Assembly (NCBI GenBank): GCA_965223425.1
Contig: OZ245003.1
Coordinates: 1,184,001-1,248,000, forward strand
Source of the DNA: Nitrosopumilus sp.
Lineage (GTDB): Archaea > Thermoproteota > Nitrososphaeria > Nitrososphaerales > Nitrosopumilaceae
DNA: 64,000 nucleotides
Reading direction: 5' to 3'
Below the pieces are notes generated by a model. It made no database searches, was not told the DNA's origin, and saw only the letters and a program-made list of their open reading frames with translations. The translations under genes were made by a program, and so were the position numbers. Below, one piece after another: positions 9,774 through 20,487 of this stretch (the stretch's first letter is position 1; the number at the start of each line of letters is the position of its first letter).

Positions 9774-9986
9774 ATGGGAATTGTCTCAAAAGGTGCAAAA
9801 TGCAACGTTGAAGGATGTGATCAAGGCGGTGTTCGCTCTCTGAATACCACTAAAGTTGAAAACGCAGGATTGAGCGTAAATTCTACGGGCAAAAAAACGG
9901 TTCTTTGCAAAGAGCACTACAAAGAATGGAAAAAAGAGTCCAAGGATGATAGGGCACTTGAACGTGCTAGATTCGACAAGTTCTAG
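9774..9986 (+). CDS. Small conserved archaeal Zn-finger-like protein
   Basis: CNVEGC...LCKEHYKEWKK. Confidence 0.7.
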   Translation: MGIVSKGAKCNVEGCDQGGVRSLNTTKVENAGLSVNSTGKKTVLCKEHYKEWKKESKDDRALERARFDKF

Positions 9987-11077
9987 CGTCTCTTTTTTGA
10001 TTTTTTAGCATTGCTTATTGGATTTTTGAAATAATCATCACGTAATCTGTCATACAATTTGCCTAATTTTCTGTATAGCCGTTTTGGCTTACGTTTCTTT
10101 TGGTTGCTCAACACATACAATGCAAGAATAGGAAATGCAATTGTTGCATCTGCATAAACTGTCACCATTCCATTATGTGCGTCTTGAATTTTACCCCAAC
10201 TCTTCCCTTCTTGCAATGTTGCCCCTGATAATCCTCCGGTGTCTGGACGTGCATCTGTAATTTGAATTATGTAGTCCTGTCCTCCATCATTTCTTCTGAG
10301 AATTTGATCTAGTATGGGGCCTGTTTGCTGAGCAGTATTTTTTGGCACCCCTCCACCTAACTCTACAATTCCAGATTTTTTTGAACCGTAAAGAATTGCC
10401 GCCTGCTCAATAATTTCCCTAACAAAATCTAGGTTGTATTCCTTGTTCTGTAACCTATGAACCACTAAATTTAATGCCAACGACGAGTCTTTTATTGTGG
10501 AAACATACACTGGAACGTCATATTTATATGCTGAAGTAATGAAACTTTTTTCAGGGTATTTTGCATGGTCTTTGCTCATTTTTCCCATTAAATTACAAAA
10601 TTCCGCTGTTGTAAACGGTTTGTTTGGAAAGTCTTCACCAAACATTTTCTGAATAACCTGATCTTCTGCTTCTAATGTTTCATAAAATTTTATGTACACA
10701 TCTCTAATTCTAACAATCTCATTTTGATACAGTTTCATATCGTCAACTTGAGAGCTTCCTTGTTTTATGGGCAGACCCCAGGCAAAATGGTCTTCGTGGT
10801 ATACATTTGCCCCAGTTGTAACAATCCAATCAATAAAGCCCCTTTCAATCAATGTCTTAATTATCCCCCCAAAACCTACTGGCGTCATTGCGCCTGAGAC
10901 TGTAAGACAAATTGTAGCATCCTCCTTTATCATCTTTGCAAAAAGTTTTGCAGCCTCTCCAAGACTTCTTCCGTTATATCCCGTATCTGCAAACACGTTG
11001 ACCAAGTCCTCTATAGACATTTTTGGATCTAGTTTTATGTGTGGGATATCTTTACCATGAAATTTGTGCGGATCCAC
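9983..11077 (-). CDS. Deoxyhypusine synthase family protein (SpeY/homospermidine-synthase-like)
   Basis: SGAMTPVG, TTGANVYH, GGGVPKN, QITDARPDTGGLSGAT, SWGK active-site Lys. Confidence 0.88.
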   Translation of the reverse strand: MDPHKFHGKDIPHIKLDPKMSIEDLVNVFADTGYNGRSLGEAAKLFAKMIKEDATICLTVSGAMTPVGFGGIIKTLIERGFIDWIVTTGANVYHEDHFAWGLPIKQGSSQVDDMKLYQNEIVRIRDVYIKFYETLEAEDQVIQKMFGEDFPNKPFTTAEFCNLMGKMSKDHAKYPEKSFITSAYKYDVPVYVSTIKDSSLALNLVVHRLQNKEYNLDFVREIIEQAAILYGSKKSGIVELGGGVPKNTAQQTGPILDQILRRNDGGQDYIIQITDARPDTGGLSGATLQEGKSWGKIQDAHNGMVTVYADATIAFPILALYVLSNQKKRKPKRLYRKLGKLYDRLRDDYFKNPISNAKKSKKRR

Positions 11078-11197
11078 TTTAACAAATAATCTTATACTGT
11101 AAATAATACTTGCGCAAGGATTTTCTTATGTGTAATATATTGTTCTGAATTTTCATACAAACATTACTTATGTGGGAATGATGTGTATTGATACTAC

Positions 11198-11530
11198 ATG
11201 ACTGTTGTTGATCTACATAATCCAGAACGTGTAAACAAGGCTCCAAACGCTGTTAAGGTCTTGCTCTCTTCGGGCGGCTTTATTCAAGATGAATTTAAAA
11301 TTTCCAAAGTGGAGTTGCGTCTTTATCTGGAAAAAACTGACAAAAAATTAGGGGACTATGCTTTGATAACATCTTTTGTTGAAACTGACAAGGGTTCTAT
11401 TGAAATGATTTATGATGAAGGATTTCGTGGAAAAGAACCCCTTTTGCGTGCAACAGAATTTCTTACTTCTAATCTGGGAATCTCTGGGTTGATTTTACGC
11501 TCAATAGTTTCCCTGCGCGAGAAAGCATAA
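11198..11530 (+). CDS. Hypothetical protein
   Basis: Clean 110-aa ORF with host-like composition. Confidence 0.65.
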   Translation: MTVVDLHNPERVNKAPNAVKVLLSSGGFIQDEFKISKVELRLYLEKTDKKLGDYALITSFVETDKGSIEMIYDEGFRGKEPLLRATEFLTSNLGISGLILRSIVSLREKA

Positions 11531-11690
11531 AATTTAAAATATTTTTAAAAGATTGAAAGATTTAACACCACTATTCTCAAGATTGTATATGGCTGAAAAT
11601 TCCAGCTAAACAAAAGCCAATAAAAAGTACTTGCTTCTCAAGTAGAAAATTTTGTTTTATTCGTATATGAAGTAAAATAACAAAAAACAT

Positions 11691-11822
11691 ATGCTCTTTG
11701 CAGTGCCTGTGTTGGCAGCATCTATTTTTGGTTCACTAGCAACAACTAGTGTATTTGCCCAAGATGCAAATTCTGATCTTGCCGCTGACAACGTTTCATC
11801 AATGAAAACAGATGGGCTCTAG
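11691..11822 (+). pseudogene. Remnant of an exported-protein gene (signal peptide only)
   Basis: MLFAVPVLAASIFGSLATTSVFAQDANSD...*, a signal peptide with VFA|Q cleavage site, then a stop. Confidence 0.4.
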
Positions 11823-12033
11823 ATGCGCCTGTTGCACCACCAAATCAAAAAGCCAAAGTCGTATTTTGAGGCGGCACTTATGGAGGGACATGTTTGCCAG
11901 TCAAGCATCTTCTGGAATAGAAAGTATCTGGAAACGCAGTTGATCAACCTCTTTTTCCCCTTATCCTAGTAAAAGATTCTAAACCTGCCCAAAAGTGAAA
12001 GATTTAATTCAATTGTGGTTACTGTTTGAAATT

Positions 12034-13899
12034 ATGCGGATATTACAACTACATTGTGACAGTATCGAGTATACGCCCACAAAAAAGGAGATCAAAATGG
12101 CCGAAGACATTGAAAATCCTGAAACTCAGCGACTTGAAGAAATTGTAGTTGCGTTTGTTGCAGTTGAGGATGGTGATGACTCCTCAGTGGCTCAAAATGC
12201 AATGTCTCAAATAAAAAACTCTATGGATAAAATCGGTTGTAAGAAATTGTTGTTGTACCCCTATGCCCATCTTAGTTCTAATCTTGCAAAACCCTCTGTT
12301 GCTATGACTCTGCTCAATGAAATGGAAAATGGTGCGCCAGATCTTAAAGTATCGCATTCCCCATTTGGTTGGACCAAATCATACAAAGTGCAAGTCAAAG
12401 GCCATCCATTAGCTGAAAGCTCCAAGGTAATCACAAAGGATTCTTCAGATTCTACAGATGCCGAAATTACTTCTGATGCCCTAAAAAGCGAGTCAAAAAT
12501 TCGCTCTTACTGGAAAATACTGTCTCCTGATGGAACGATGGCAAATATTGGTGATTTTGATTTTTCAAATCACAAAAAATTAGAAATTTTAGCAAAATAT
12601 GAATCAGCAAAACAACGCCATGTGGATGAACCCTCCCCGCATGTTGCATTAATGAAAAAAATGGCAATAGCAGACTATGAGCCCGTGTCTGATTCGGGCA
12701 ATATGAGGTTTTTTCCTAACGGCCGTTTGATAAAATCCCTGATTGAGCGTTATGTTACTGACAGAGTAAAAGATTATGGCGGTTTTGAAGTTGAAACCCC
12801 AATCATGTATGACTCTGAGCACCCTAGCATGGCTAGTTATTTTAACAGATTTCCGGCAAGACAATACAGCATTGACTCGGAAGGAAAAAAACTATTTTTG
12901 AGATTCGCTGCCTGCTTTGGGCAATTTTTAATGGCAAATCAGTTTCAGATGTCGCACAAAAATTTGCCATACAAACTCTATGAATTAACACGATACAGCT
13001 TTAGGCGAGAACAATCAGGCGAGCTTGTTGGTCTGAGACGACTCAGGGCCTTTACCATGCCTGACTGCCATGCATTTTGCAAAGACATGCCCCAGGCAGT
13101 TGATGAAATTATGACAAGATTTGAGTTATCTCAAAGTGTACTCTGTGAGCTCGGAATTGAAGAGTCCGACTATGAGATGGCAATTAGATTCACTGAAGAT
13201 TTTTACAACGAAAACAAATCCTCAATTGAAAACCTAGTCAAGAAACATGGAAAACCCGTCCTAGTTGAAATGTGGAAAGAAAAATTCTTTTATTTTGTTT
13301 TAAAATGGGAGTTCAACTTTATTGACAATCTTGGAAAGGCCTCTGCTTTGTCAACAGATCAAATTGATGTAGAAAATGGAGACCGATATGGAATTAAATT
13401 TATTGATGAAAATAACAGTGCACGACATCCTGTTATTTTACACAATTCTCCTAGCGGTGCAATTGAAAGGATTATCTATGCACTGCTAGAAAAAGCAGCA
13501 AAAGATTCCCAAGAAGGAAAAAAACCCCAATTTCCATTATGGTTGGCACCAACGCAAGTGAGAATTATTCCATTAAAAGAAGAATTTTACAATTTTTGTG
13601 AAACTTTGAGTGATAAAATTTCTGGCAACAATGTCCGTGTTGACATGGATGACAGAAATGAAAGCATAGGAAAAAGAATTCGTGAGGCAGAAAAGGAATG
13701 GATACGATACATTTTGGTAATTGGTGAAAAAGAGGCAGGTTCTGCAAATCTTAGTATTCGTGACAGACAAACAGGTGACGTTCGAGAATTACCCCTTGGT
13801 GATTTCTTGACTGAAATTAATAAACAGACTAAAAACAAGCCGTTTACAGGCTTGAATTTGCCAAAACGTCTTTCAAAGAGGCCCCAACTAATGGTGTAA
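12034..13899 (+). CDS. thrS: Threonyl-tRNA synthetase (archaeal type with N-terminal editing domain)
   Basis: MRILQLHCD, YPYAHLSS, FRREQSGELVGLRRLRAFTMPDCH; ATG at 12034 preferred as start. Confidence 0.96.
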   Translation: MRILQLHCDSIEYTPTKKEIKMAEDIENPETQRLEEIVVAFVAVEDGDDSSVAQNAMSQIKNSMDKIGCKKLLLYPYAHLSSNLAKPSVAMTLLNEMENGAPDLKVSHSPFGWTKSYKVQVKGHPLAESSKVITKDSSDSTDAEITSDALKSESKIRSYWKILSPDGTMANIGDFDFSNHKKLEILAKYESAKQRHVDEPSPHVALMKKMAIADYEPVSDSGNMRFFPNGRLIKSLIERYVTDRVKDYGGFEVETPIMYDSEHPSMASYFNRFPARQYSIDSEGKKLFLRFAACFGQFLMANQFQMSHKNLPYKLYELTRYSFRREQSGELVGLRRLRAFTMPDCHAFCKDMPQAVDEIMTRFELSQSVLCELGIEESDYEMAIRFTEDFYNENKSSIENLVKKHGKPVLVEMWKEKFFYFVLKWEFNFIDNLGKASALSTDQIDVENGDRYGIKFIDENNSARHPVILHNSPSGAIERIIYALLEKAAKDSQEGKKPQFPLWLAPTQVRIIPLKEEFYNFCETLSDKISGNNVRVDMDDRNESIGKRIREAEKEWIRYILVIGEKEAGSANLSIRDRQTGDVRELPLGDFLTEINKQTKNKPFTGLNLPKRLSKRPQLMV

Positions 13900-13905
13900 G
13901 TGAAA

Positions 13906-14778
13906 ATGAGCTATGTTGATTTATACATGAACAAAACCCCCCTCATTACTGCCTCTGATGAGGATTCAGAGCCTGTAGCAACCGTGTTTGGAGTTCCCTT
14001 TGATGCCACGCACTCTTACAAACCTGGCTGTAGGTTTGGTCCTGACGTAATTCGTGATTCATTTAACAACATTGAGATCTTTCACCCGGATCTACAAGTA
14101 GATGTGGAATCTACGCATATTGAAGATTTAGGGAACACCCGTCACACTGCTGTTCCATCTGAAATGGTTGACATGGTAAAAAAAATTACTGCCGAACTTG
14201 TTGCAAAACACAGACAGCTTTTCATTCTGGGTGGCGAACACTCGATAACATACGGTGCGTATACAAGTTTTCCAAAAGAAGCTGGCTATGTTGTGTTTGA
14301 TGCACATTATGACCTGCGAGATGAATTTGCAGATACAAAACTAAGTCATGCCTCTTATCTAAGGCGGCTTGTTGAAGAGCGAGGTTCTGAAAACATCTTA
14401 CATGTGGGTGCTAGGGCGTTTGTCCAAGAAGAGTTGGAGTTTTTAAAAGAAAACAACATCAGGACAATTTCTGACAAAGAAATTAGGGAGGGCAAGGCCC
14501 CCCAACTCTTAAAGGATCATCTGTCTACATTTAATGCCGTTTATTCTAGTTTTGATCTTGATGTTTTGGATCCCGCGTTTGCACCAGGGGTTGGCAACCC
14601 CGAAGCTGTGGGAGTCACGTCTAGAGAACTGTTTGACTTGATATCCTCCTTTGAAGAGACCAAGATTGTTGGTGCAGACATTGTGGAGCTTAACCCCTAT
14701 CATGATAACGGCTCAACTGCAGCTATAGCGGGTAAAATAATGTCTACATTGATTGCCATGAATCTGTCTCAAAATTAG
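13906..14778 (+). CDS. speB: Agmatinase
   Basis: GGEHS, DAHYD, DLDVLDPAFAPGVGNPE ureohydrolase motifs. Confidence 0.9.
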   Translation: MSYVDLYMNKTPLITASDEDSEPVATVFGVPFDATHSYKPGCRFGPDVIRDSFNNIEIFHPDLQVDVESTHIEDLGNTRHTAVPSEMVDMVKKITAELVAKHRQLFILGGEHSITYGAYTSFPKEAGYVVFDAHYDLRDEFADTKLSHASYLRRLVEERGSENILHVGARAFVQEELEFLKENNIRTISDKEIREGKAPQLLKDHLSTFNAVYSSFDLDVLDPAFAPGVGNPEAVGVTSRELFDLISSFEETKIVGADIVELNPYHDNGSTAAIAGKIMSTLIAMNLSQN

Positions 14779-15027
14779 AGATTATGCATGTTGATCAAGG
14801 GCACCATCAACAAGTTTAGATCAGCCTGGTGATTGCCAAGTCTGTCTTTTCTGCATCAAGGCGCCATGCTGCCGTCATCTGTAGAAATTTTTATCCGTTA
14901 CGATGATCTCTGCTAATATTCATTATTGAAAATTCAGTTATCACGCCTGATTTTGTAAACTTTGACGCCATTTTGGCTTTATTTTCTCCCTGCTTACTTT
15001 ATTAGCTAGTGGTGTTGGGTTTATCAC

Positions 15028-15600
15028 GTGCTAAATAATCTACGAGAGACACTCGGCCCTACCCTGGAAAAGATTGGTAAAGGGTTTGCATCCACAGGAT
15101 TGACTCCAAATTTCTGGACTTGTGTTGGCCTTGCATTTGCATTTTTGTCTGCCATCGTATACGGCTTGGGAATTGAATTTGGATTAATGCTTGGAGGAAT
15201 TTTGTTGCTTGTTTCAGGATTTTTTGATATGGTGGATGGTCAAGTAGCACGAGTTACTGGCAAGACTTCCAAAAAGGGCTCCTATCTTGACTCAATGTTT
15301 GATAAGACTGCCGAAGTCGCAATATTTTTGGGAATCTTAGTTGGCGGTTATGCCGAACCTTATCTGGTTTTACTTGCAATATCTTTGTCACTGCTGGTCA
15401 GTTACGCAAGAGCAAAATCTGATGCGCTAAATGTAAAGTTGCAGGGGGTTGGAATTGGAGAAAGGGCTGAAAGACTTTTAGTGCTGGCAATAATTGGAAT
15501 GGTCGGTTTCATGGAATATGCCGTGTTGATTGTTGTGGCAATTGCTGGAATTACCTTGATTCAAAGAATGGTTGTCACTTTAAAAAGTATCAAGGAATAA
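15028..15600 (+). CDS. CDP-alcohol phosphatidyltransferase (archaetidylinositol-phosphate synthase-like)
   Basis: DMVDGQVAR...GSYLDSMFDK signature. Confidence 0.9.
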   Translation: MLNNLRETLGPTLEKIGKGFASTGLTPNFWTCVGLAFAFLSAIVYGLGIEFGLMLGGILLLVSGFFDMVDGQVARVTGKTSKKGSYLDSMFDKTAEVAIFLGILVGGYAEPYLVLLAISLSLLVSYARAKSDALNVKLQGVGIGERAERLLVLAIIGMVGFMEYAVLIVVAIAGITLIQRMVVTLKSIKE

Positions 15601-15602
15601 TC

Positions 15603-15890
15603 CTATCGAAGTTTTCCACGCTTTCTTCTACTGTCTGCGGATCTAATCTTAAGAATTTTAAAGTGAATTGCACATGAAATACAATACCATTTCAAAACTG
15701 TCGGTGATGCAATGTATGCCCCCTGTGCCCGTAGTTCTTTTGCCAACGTATGTTCCACTAGGTTTAGCCTAGATGTGACTTTTTTTGCCTTGTCTTTTGG
15801 AACTGTTTGTCCGCAATTTGTACATTGAACAACACCTGAGGAACCTTTTCCTCCTTTGGTACGGCCCCTACTTGCACGTTTTAGTGGCAT
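15603..15890 (-). CDS. rps26e: 30S ribosomal protein S26e
   Basis: MPLKRASRGR...CTNCG...PKDKAKK...YCISCAIH. Confidence 0.95.
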   Translation of the reverse strand: MPLKRASRGRTKGGKGSSGVVQCTNCGQTVPKDKAKKVTSRLNLVEHTLAKELRAQGAYIASPTVLKWYCISCAIHFKILKIRSADSRRKRGKLR

Positions 15891-15932
15891 GACCGTAAAC
15901 TCATCTGCCTACTTATATTCTTGCGGATAATT

Positions 15933-16276
15933 GGTTCTGTAAAGTTATCGGGAGTCAACCCCCATAACTCGACTTTGACATATCGACTATTCGGATTGCC
16001 AATGGTGTGCCGGGTTCCGTCATCGCCCGCTCAAAAGTGCCGGACTGCGCTTCACTTATGCCGCCTCTACTGCCCCTAAACCTAGGGGGCAGCTTGCGTG
16101 ATATGTTTTCATATCCGCAATTAGTACACGATTGTTGTTGCATGTCCTCTTGGAAATTCTTTCCGCATCATGGACACGTCATGCTCGTGTTTTTCATGTT
16201 TTTGAGTGTGTTATGTGGATATAAATATTCTGTGATGTGGTGGCTGCATGTCAACTCCCGACAGCGTTACAGAACC
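15933..16276. mobile_element. 344-bp non-autonomous TIR cassette carrying one passenger gene
   Basis: TIRs GGTTCTGTAAaGtTaTCGGGAGT and GGTTCTGTAAcGcTgTCGGGAGT; 8-bp TSD GGATAATT (15925-15932 and 16277-16284). Confidence 0.88.
15955..16197 (-). pseudogene. Passenger zinc-ribbon protein with an internal TGA
   Basis: MKNTSMTCP*CGKNFQEDMQQQSCTNCGY...; TATA-like sequence ~25 bp upstream; terminal stop lies at the inner edge of the left TIR. Confidence 0.55.
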
Positions 16277-16504
16277 GGATAATTCAAAAATTCTGATAAA
16301 TTTGTGCCTGAGTCAAGGTAAAAAATGCCCCATGTTTTAATCCTATATCGAGGGACTCTATTTGATAGTTAATGCGAGGTCTTTGTCATAAATGCCTGAA
16401 TTCGGGCGTTGAGCTGGTGGTATCAAAAGGAGAAATAATTTGTCATGACTGTCTTGATAAGAACAATGCAAAAAACTAAATCTGTTATTTAATGACCAAA
16501 AGAA

Positions 16505-17374
16505 ATGAAATTGGCGATTTTTGCCCACTGTGCCATAGATACAATTACTATCAACGATAGTAATTATGAGCAAATTGGCGGTGCTGCCTGCTATTGTGGA
16601 ATAACTGCAAGGCAGTTCAAGTTTGATGTGGATTTGTTTACAAAATTTGGCCCTGACTTTCCCAGGCAATATCTTGTTGAAAACAAAATAAATCTTATAA
16701 ATTCCGAGTCAGACAAAAAGACCACCAAATTTGCAATTTCTATCGCCGGTTCGGACAGAACTTTAAAACTTGAAAACCAATGTGAAGAAATAGCCTACTC
16801 TGATGCTGATGCTGATGGACACATTGTGAGTCCGATATATCATGAAATTTCTAGCGATACTTTTAAAAAAATTAAAGGCAATTCCAATTTTCTTTTTGTT
16901 GACCCTCAGGGTTTTTTGAGACAGCAGGACTCGCAAAATAATGTCGTTCTGGAAAAAACTGATGTTGATCTGGCAAATGTAAATGCGATAAAAATCAACC
17001 CTGAAGAATCCCAGCAAATTGTTAGTGGCTCCCATGATGAAATGATGCTGGCATTGCAAAAAAAAGGCGCGGAATACGTGCTACTTACAGATAAAACCGA
17101 TGTCTCCCTTTTGGTAAAAGATAAAGTCTATTCTATTGCTCTTCCAAACAAACAAATTCATGATACTACCGGAATTGGTGATATTTTCTGCTCAGCATTC
17201 TGCTGCACCATGCTAAAAGAAAAAGACTTTTTGTGGGCACTTTGTTTTGCAGGAGGAGCTGCCCAGGCTGCACTTGACTCAAAAAATGTGGGCCTGCAAA
17301 AAATCCCCAAAAAAGGCGCCATTCAGACCAATGCCTCTTATTTTTACAATCTGGTAAAATTCAGGGATTTGTAG
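16505..17374 (+). CDS. PfkB/ribokinase-family carbohydrate kinase
   Basis: GGAACY; DTTGIGDIF anion-hole motif. Confidence 0.88.
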   Translation: MKLAIFAHCAIDTITINDSNYEQIGGAACYCGITARQFKFDVDLFTKFGPDFPRQYLVENKINLINSESDKKTTKFAISIAGSDRTLKLENQCEEIAYSDADADGHIVSPIYHEISSDTFKKIKGNSNFLFVDPQGFLRQQDSQNNVVLEKTDVDLANVNAIKINPEESQQIVSGSHDEMMLALQKKGAEYVLLTDKTDVSLLVKDKVYSIALPNKQIHDTTGIGDIFCSAFCCTMLKEKDFLWALCFAGGAAQAALDSKNVGLQKIPKKGAIQTNASYFYNLVKFRDL

Positions 17375-17624
17375 AACATTATTCGGTTCTGTCAAGTTAT
17401 CGTGTGCTGAGCATGAATCTTAGGAATTCAGCAAAACATTACCTAAATCCAAACTCTTAATGTCTGTATGATTAGTTTGACCTGTTCAGGTGGCAGATTG
17501 CCTGAACTCTGAAATGATATCCATTTGCTGTTTATAGGATTATAGACACCTACAAAGTAATCTTATGTGCCCCGATCAAGGAAATCAGATGATAAGAGTG
17601 GTTCTGGTTCAAAAAACAGAGCCG

Positions 17625-18766
17625 TAGTTAGCACATTAAATAATTGAACATTTTCACAGGCAGGATCTCCTTTCTGGCAAACAGCTTGCGTACTGACTGC
17701 TCCATCTCATCTAGCGTGCCAAACACTTTTGCAGACAGTACCCGTTTTATCACCCTCCACTGCATCTCAATGGGATTAAGCTCCGGCGTGTACGGCAGCA
17801 GGTACTCCAGAACTATCTCGCCGTTGTATCTTTCCAGAAACTCCTTTACCTTTTTGGATTTGTGATATGACGCATTGTCTACAAACAGCAGCACCTTGCC
17901 GAATCTTTTGTGAACCCGTTCCAAAAAGTTGCAAAAGCTGTCGCTGTTTGACTTTTCATAAAACATAAAGTAAAATGCGTTTGCCGCCAAAGCTCCAAAG
18001 ATGTATCTTCTTTCGCGTGACAAAACAGAGGGGGATGTGGCGCGCTTGCCGCGCCTTCTCCACCCGTAGCCGGGCCTGTTTGATGCCTTTTGAATCGAGG
18101 ATGCATCGCCGGCCAGTACGGTGTATCCCTGCGCCGACTTTTCTGCAACGAGTTTTTTTGCCCGCTCCTGAAACTCTTTTTGCTTTCTTTTTGAGGCTGA
18201 TCTTGGGTTTTTTGGACGCGCCTTGCTCCACGAAAAGCCCATCTCCCTGACCAGCTGCAGCGCGCCTGTCTTGCTGTACTGCACGCCGAACTTTTTCTTG
18301 ATGTGCAGCCTTACCAGGTTGGAATCCCACAGGCTGCTCTCAAAGCCGCATGATTCCGGCCCCGCATCCAGGTCTGCTGCAAGCTGTCTTGCCTGCGGCC
18401 CGCCTATCAGGTGCTTTCGTCCCCTGCCGCTGCGCTCGAACCTTGCGCGTATTCCCTCGTCCTGTGCGCGGTTGAGCCATGCAGATATGGTGGACTTGGG
18501 CCTTCCCAGCATCCTTCCAATCCTGTCTAGCGGCACGCCGTCCTTGCGCTGCATGTACGCAAGCAGCCTGTCGCGCCTTCTGGGATCGGTCTCTTTTTTG
18601 TATGCCCTTTTGAGGTCTGCAACGCTGGTGTTTGGCAGAAATTTTGCCCCCCTTGCAACCTGTCTCTTTTTTTGTTTGTACATGCAGTGTGTGCGGTATG
18701 GCCTGTCTTGGATCTTTTGGCCAAAAATAATTGTCAAAATGGTTCAGGTTTTTTATGTACTTACTA
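17625..18766 (-). mobile_element. IS630-family element, copy 2 (intact transposase ORF 17628-18683)
   Basis: Continuous frame from MYKQKKRQ to NYLMC; D-D-E motifs; TA ends. Confidence 0.93.
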
Positions 18767-18824
18767 CGGTACTGCAAAGATCAGAAATGCAAACAAACAC
18801 ACAACCCCAGATCCGAGGATATGC

Positions 18825-19864
18825 ATGTCAGCTGTCTTTGTCGGCCTGGATGTCCACAAGAAGACCATCCAGATGTCAGTCATGGATGAAAACGGCGAGG
18901 AACTGCTCAACAAAGAGATAGCAAACACAGCCGAAGACATCAGGTACAACATAGGCTGTTTGCACAAGGACTCTAAGCTTGTGATGGAGTCCTCGTCTGT
19001 TGGAAGGCGCCGTTCTTTCAGACAAGAGACGAGCTAAGCATGGACGTGTCGCTATCAAACCCGTACACCACCAAGCTCATAGCAGAGTCCAAAAAGAATA
19101 CTGACAAGGTGGATGCCAGAATTCTGGCAGACATGCACAGGGGAGGATACATAGTATCGTGCCACGTACCCACGTTGCAGAACATGAACAACAGGGACCT
19201 GGTGAATTACCGGCACAACCTGGTACGCCACAGGACAGGACTGAAGAACTCCATACACGGCATACTGCTGCAGAGATCGATTCGGCCTGACGGCAAGCCG
19301 TTTTGCGGGCCATGGATTGCGCAGGTTCGAAAGATAAGCGACTATAGGATAGACTCGTACCTGGACACGATAAACAGCATAAACGACAAGATACTCCAGT
19401 CAGATGCAAGGGTGCGCCAGGCAGCAAAGGAGAACGAGGATGCAACTCTGCTGCAGACCGTTCCGGGTGTCGGGGCATACTCTGCACTGGTCATTGCATG
19501 TACAATAGACGGCATAGGAAGGTTCGTCAACTCGCACAAGCTGTGCTCTTATGTCGGCGTTGTTCCGTCTGTGAGATCCTCCGGCGAGTCCGTGCACTAT
19601 GGACACATAACGCACCATGGAAGCAGCATATGCAGGTGGGTTCTGACAGAGTGCGTCTTGTCGCATGTAAGGTATGCGCCAGAGTCTGACATTTCGATAT
19701 TCTACAAGAGGCTTGCAAAGAGGAGGGGCAAGGGACGTGCATCAGTGGCTGCTGCCTCAAAGCTGCTGCGAGTCATTTACCGGATGCTCAAGGAGAGAAG
19801 GGCGTTTGTTACAAATTACAGTCAGGATGCCAATTGCGATGAACTCGTTGAGGGACAGACCTAG
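18825..19864 (+). pseudogene. IS110-family (DEDD) transposase, frameshifted near 19000
   Basis: FVGLDVHKK, VMESS, KNTDKVDARILA, LQTVPGVG, GVVPSVRSSG, AAASKLLRVIY. Confidence 0.88.
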
Positions 19865-20078
19865 TAGTCTGTATGCCTCGCCTTGTAATTGCATTATACC
19901 CTGATAAAAGAATGGAGAATGATACTGAGGGATTGCCTCTGTGATTGCCTCGGATGGATAACTGTTCGCCTCTTTGTTGTCTTGGGCCTTTGCGGTCTGG
20001 AAATAATCCTAGCTTGTGCCGTACCTGTCAGGATGAAAAATGTTGGGAATTCTTATAAGGATGGCACATGGATATGAG
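19865..20078 (+). ncRNA. Candidate IS110 non-coding end (bridge/seek RNA)
   Basis: ~210 bp with no convincing ORF after the transposase, stem-forming segments (TGTGCCGT...ATGGCACA), ending ATGGATATGAG; function inferred from IS110 biology. Confidence 0.4.
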
Positions 20079-20235
20079 TTCACCTACTCTGCGTAAACAA
20101 CACAAATTCCGTAAAATTCGCGCCTATTTGTAAGGGGCCGTGAACTCGTACCCTACAAAAGAAGGGGAAGTATGTTGTTCGATCTTGCATCCGAAACTTT
20201 GCAGAAGCTTCTGCAAGGTGTGGCTACTCATTCGA

Positions 20236-20445
20236 TTAGTTTGGCCCAATTTCTATTACGGAAATTTTCACATCAATGGCGTTTTTAGCTAACAATTCCT
20301 TGTGTCCTGGCAATGCTTCTATGAACATTTTTTTGAGTTCTTTGTCAGATTTTGCCGAGACGATAATCCCTGGGTATTCCACGCCTTGACCTACACAATA
20401 TCCATCATAGGATTGCTTTTTCATGTGCAATTTTTCCATCACCAT
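20236..20445 (-). CDS. HicB-like antitoxin
   Basis: DGYCVGQGVEYPGIIVSAKSDKELKKMFIEAL resembles the HicB N-terminal fold. Confidence 0.6.
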   Translation of the reverse strand: MVMEKLHMKKQSYDGYCVGQGVEYPGIIVSAKSDKELKKMFIEALPGHKELLAKNAIDVKISVIEIGPN

Positions 20446-20487
20446 ACTTTTGTAAAACTATTGACTTAATAGTGTTTGGTGTGAGAT

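Noticed and set aside
4646-17618. 15-bp match CTGGTTCAAAAAACA at ~4646 and ~17604, and GGTTCTG...CAGAGCC at 17600-17623
   Set aside because: Short and A-rich, with no TSD or extended similarity; may be chance.
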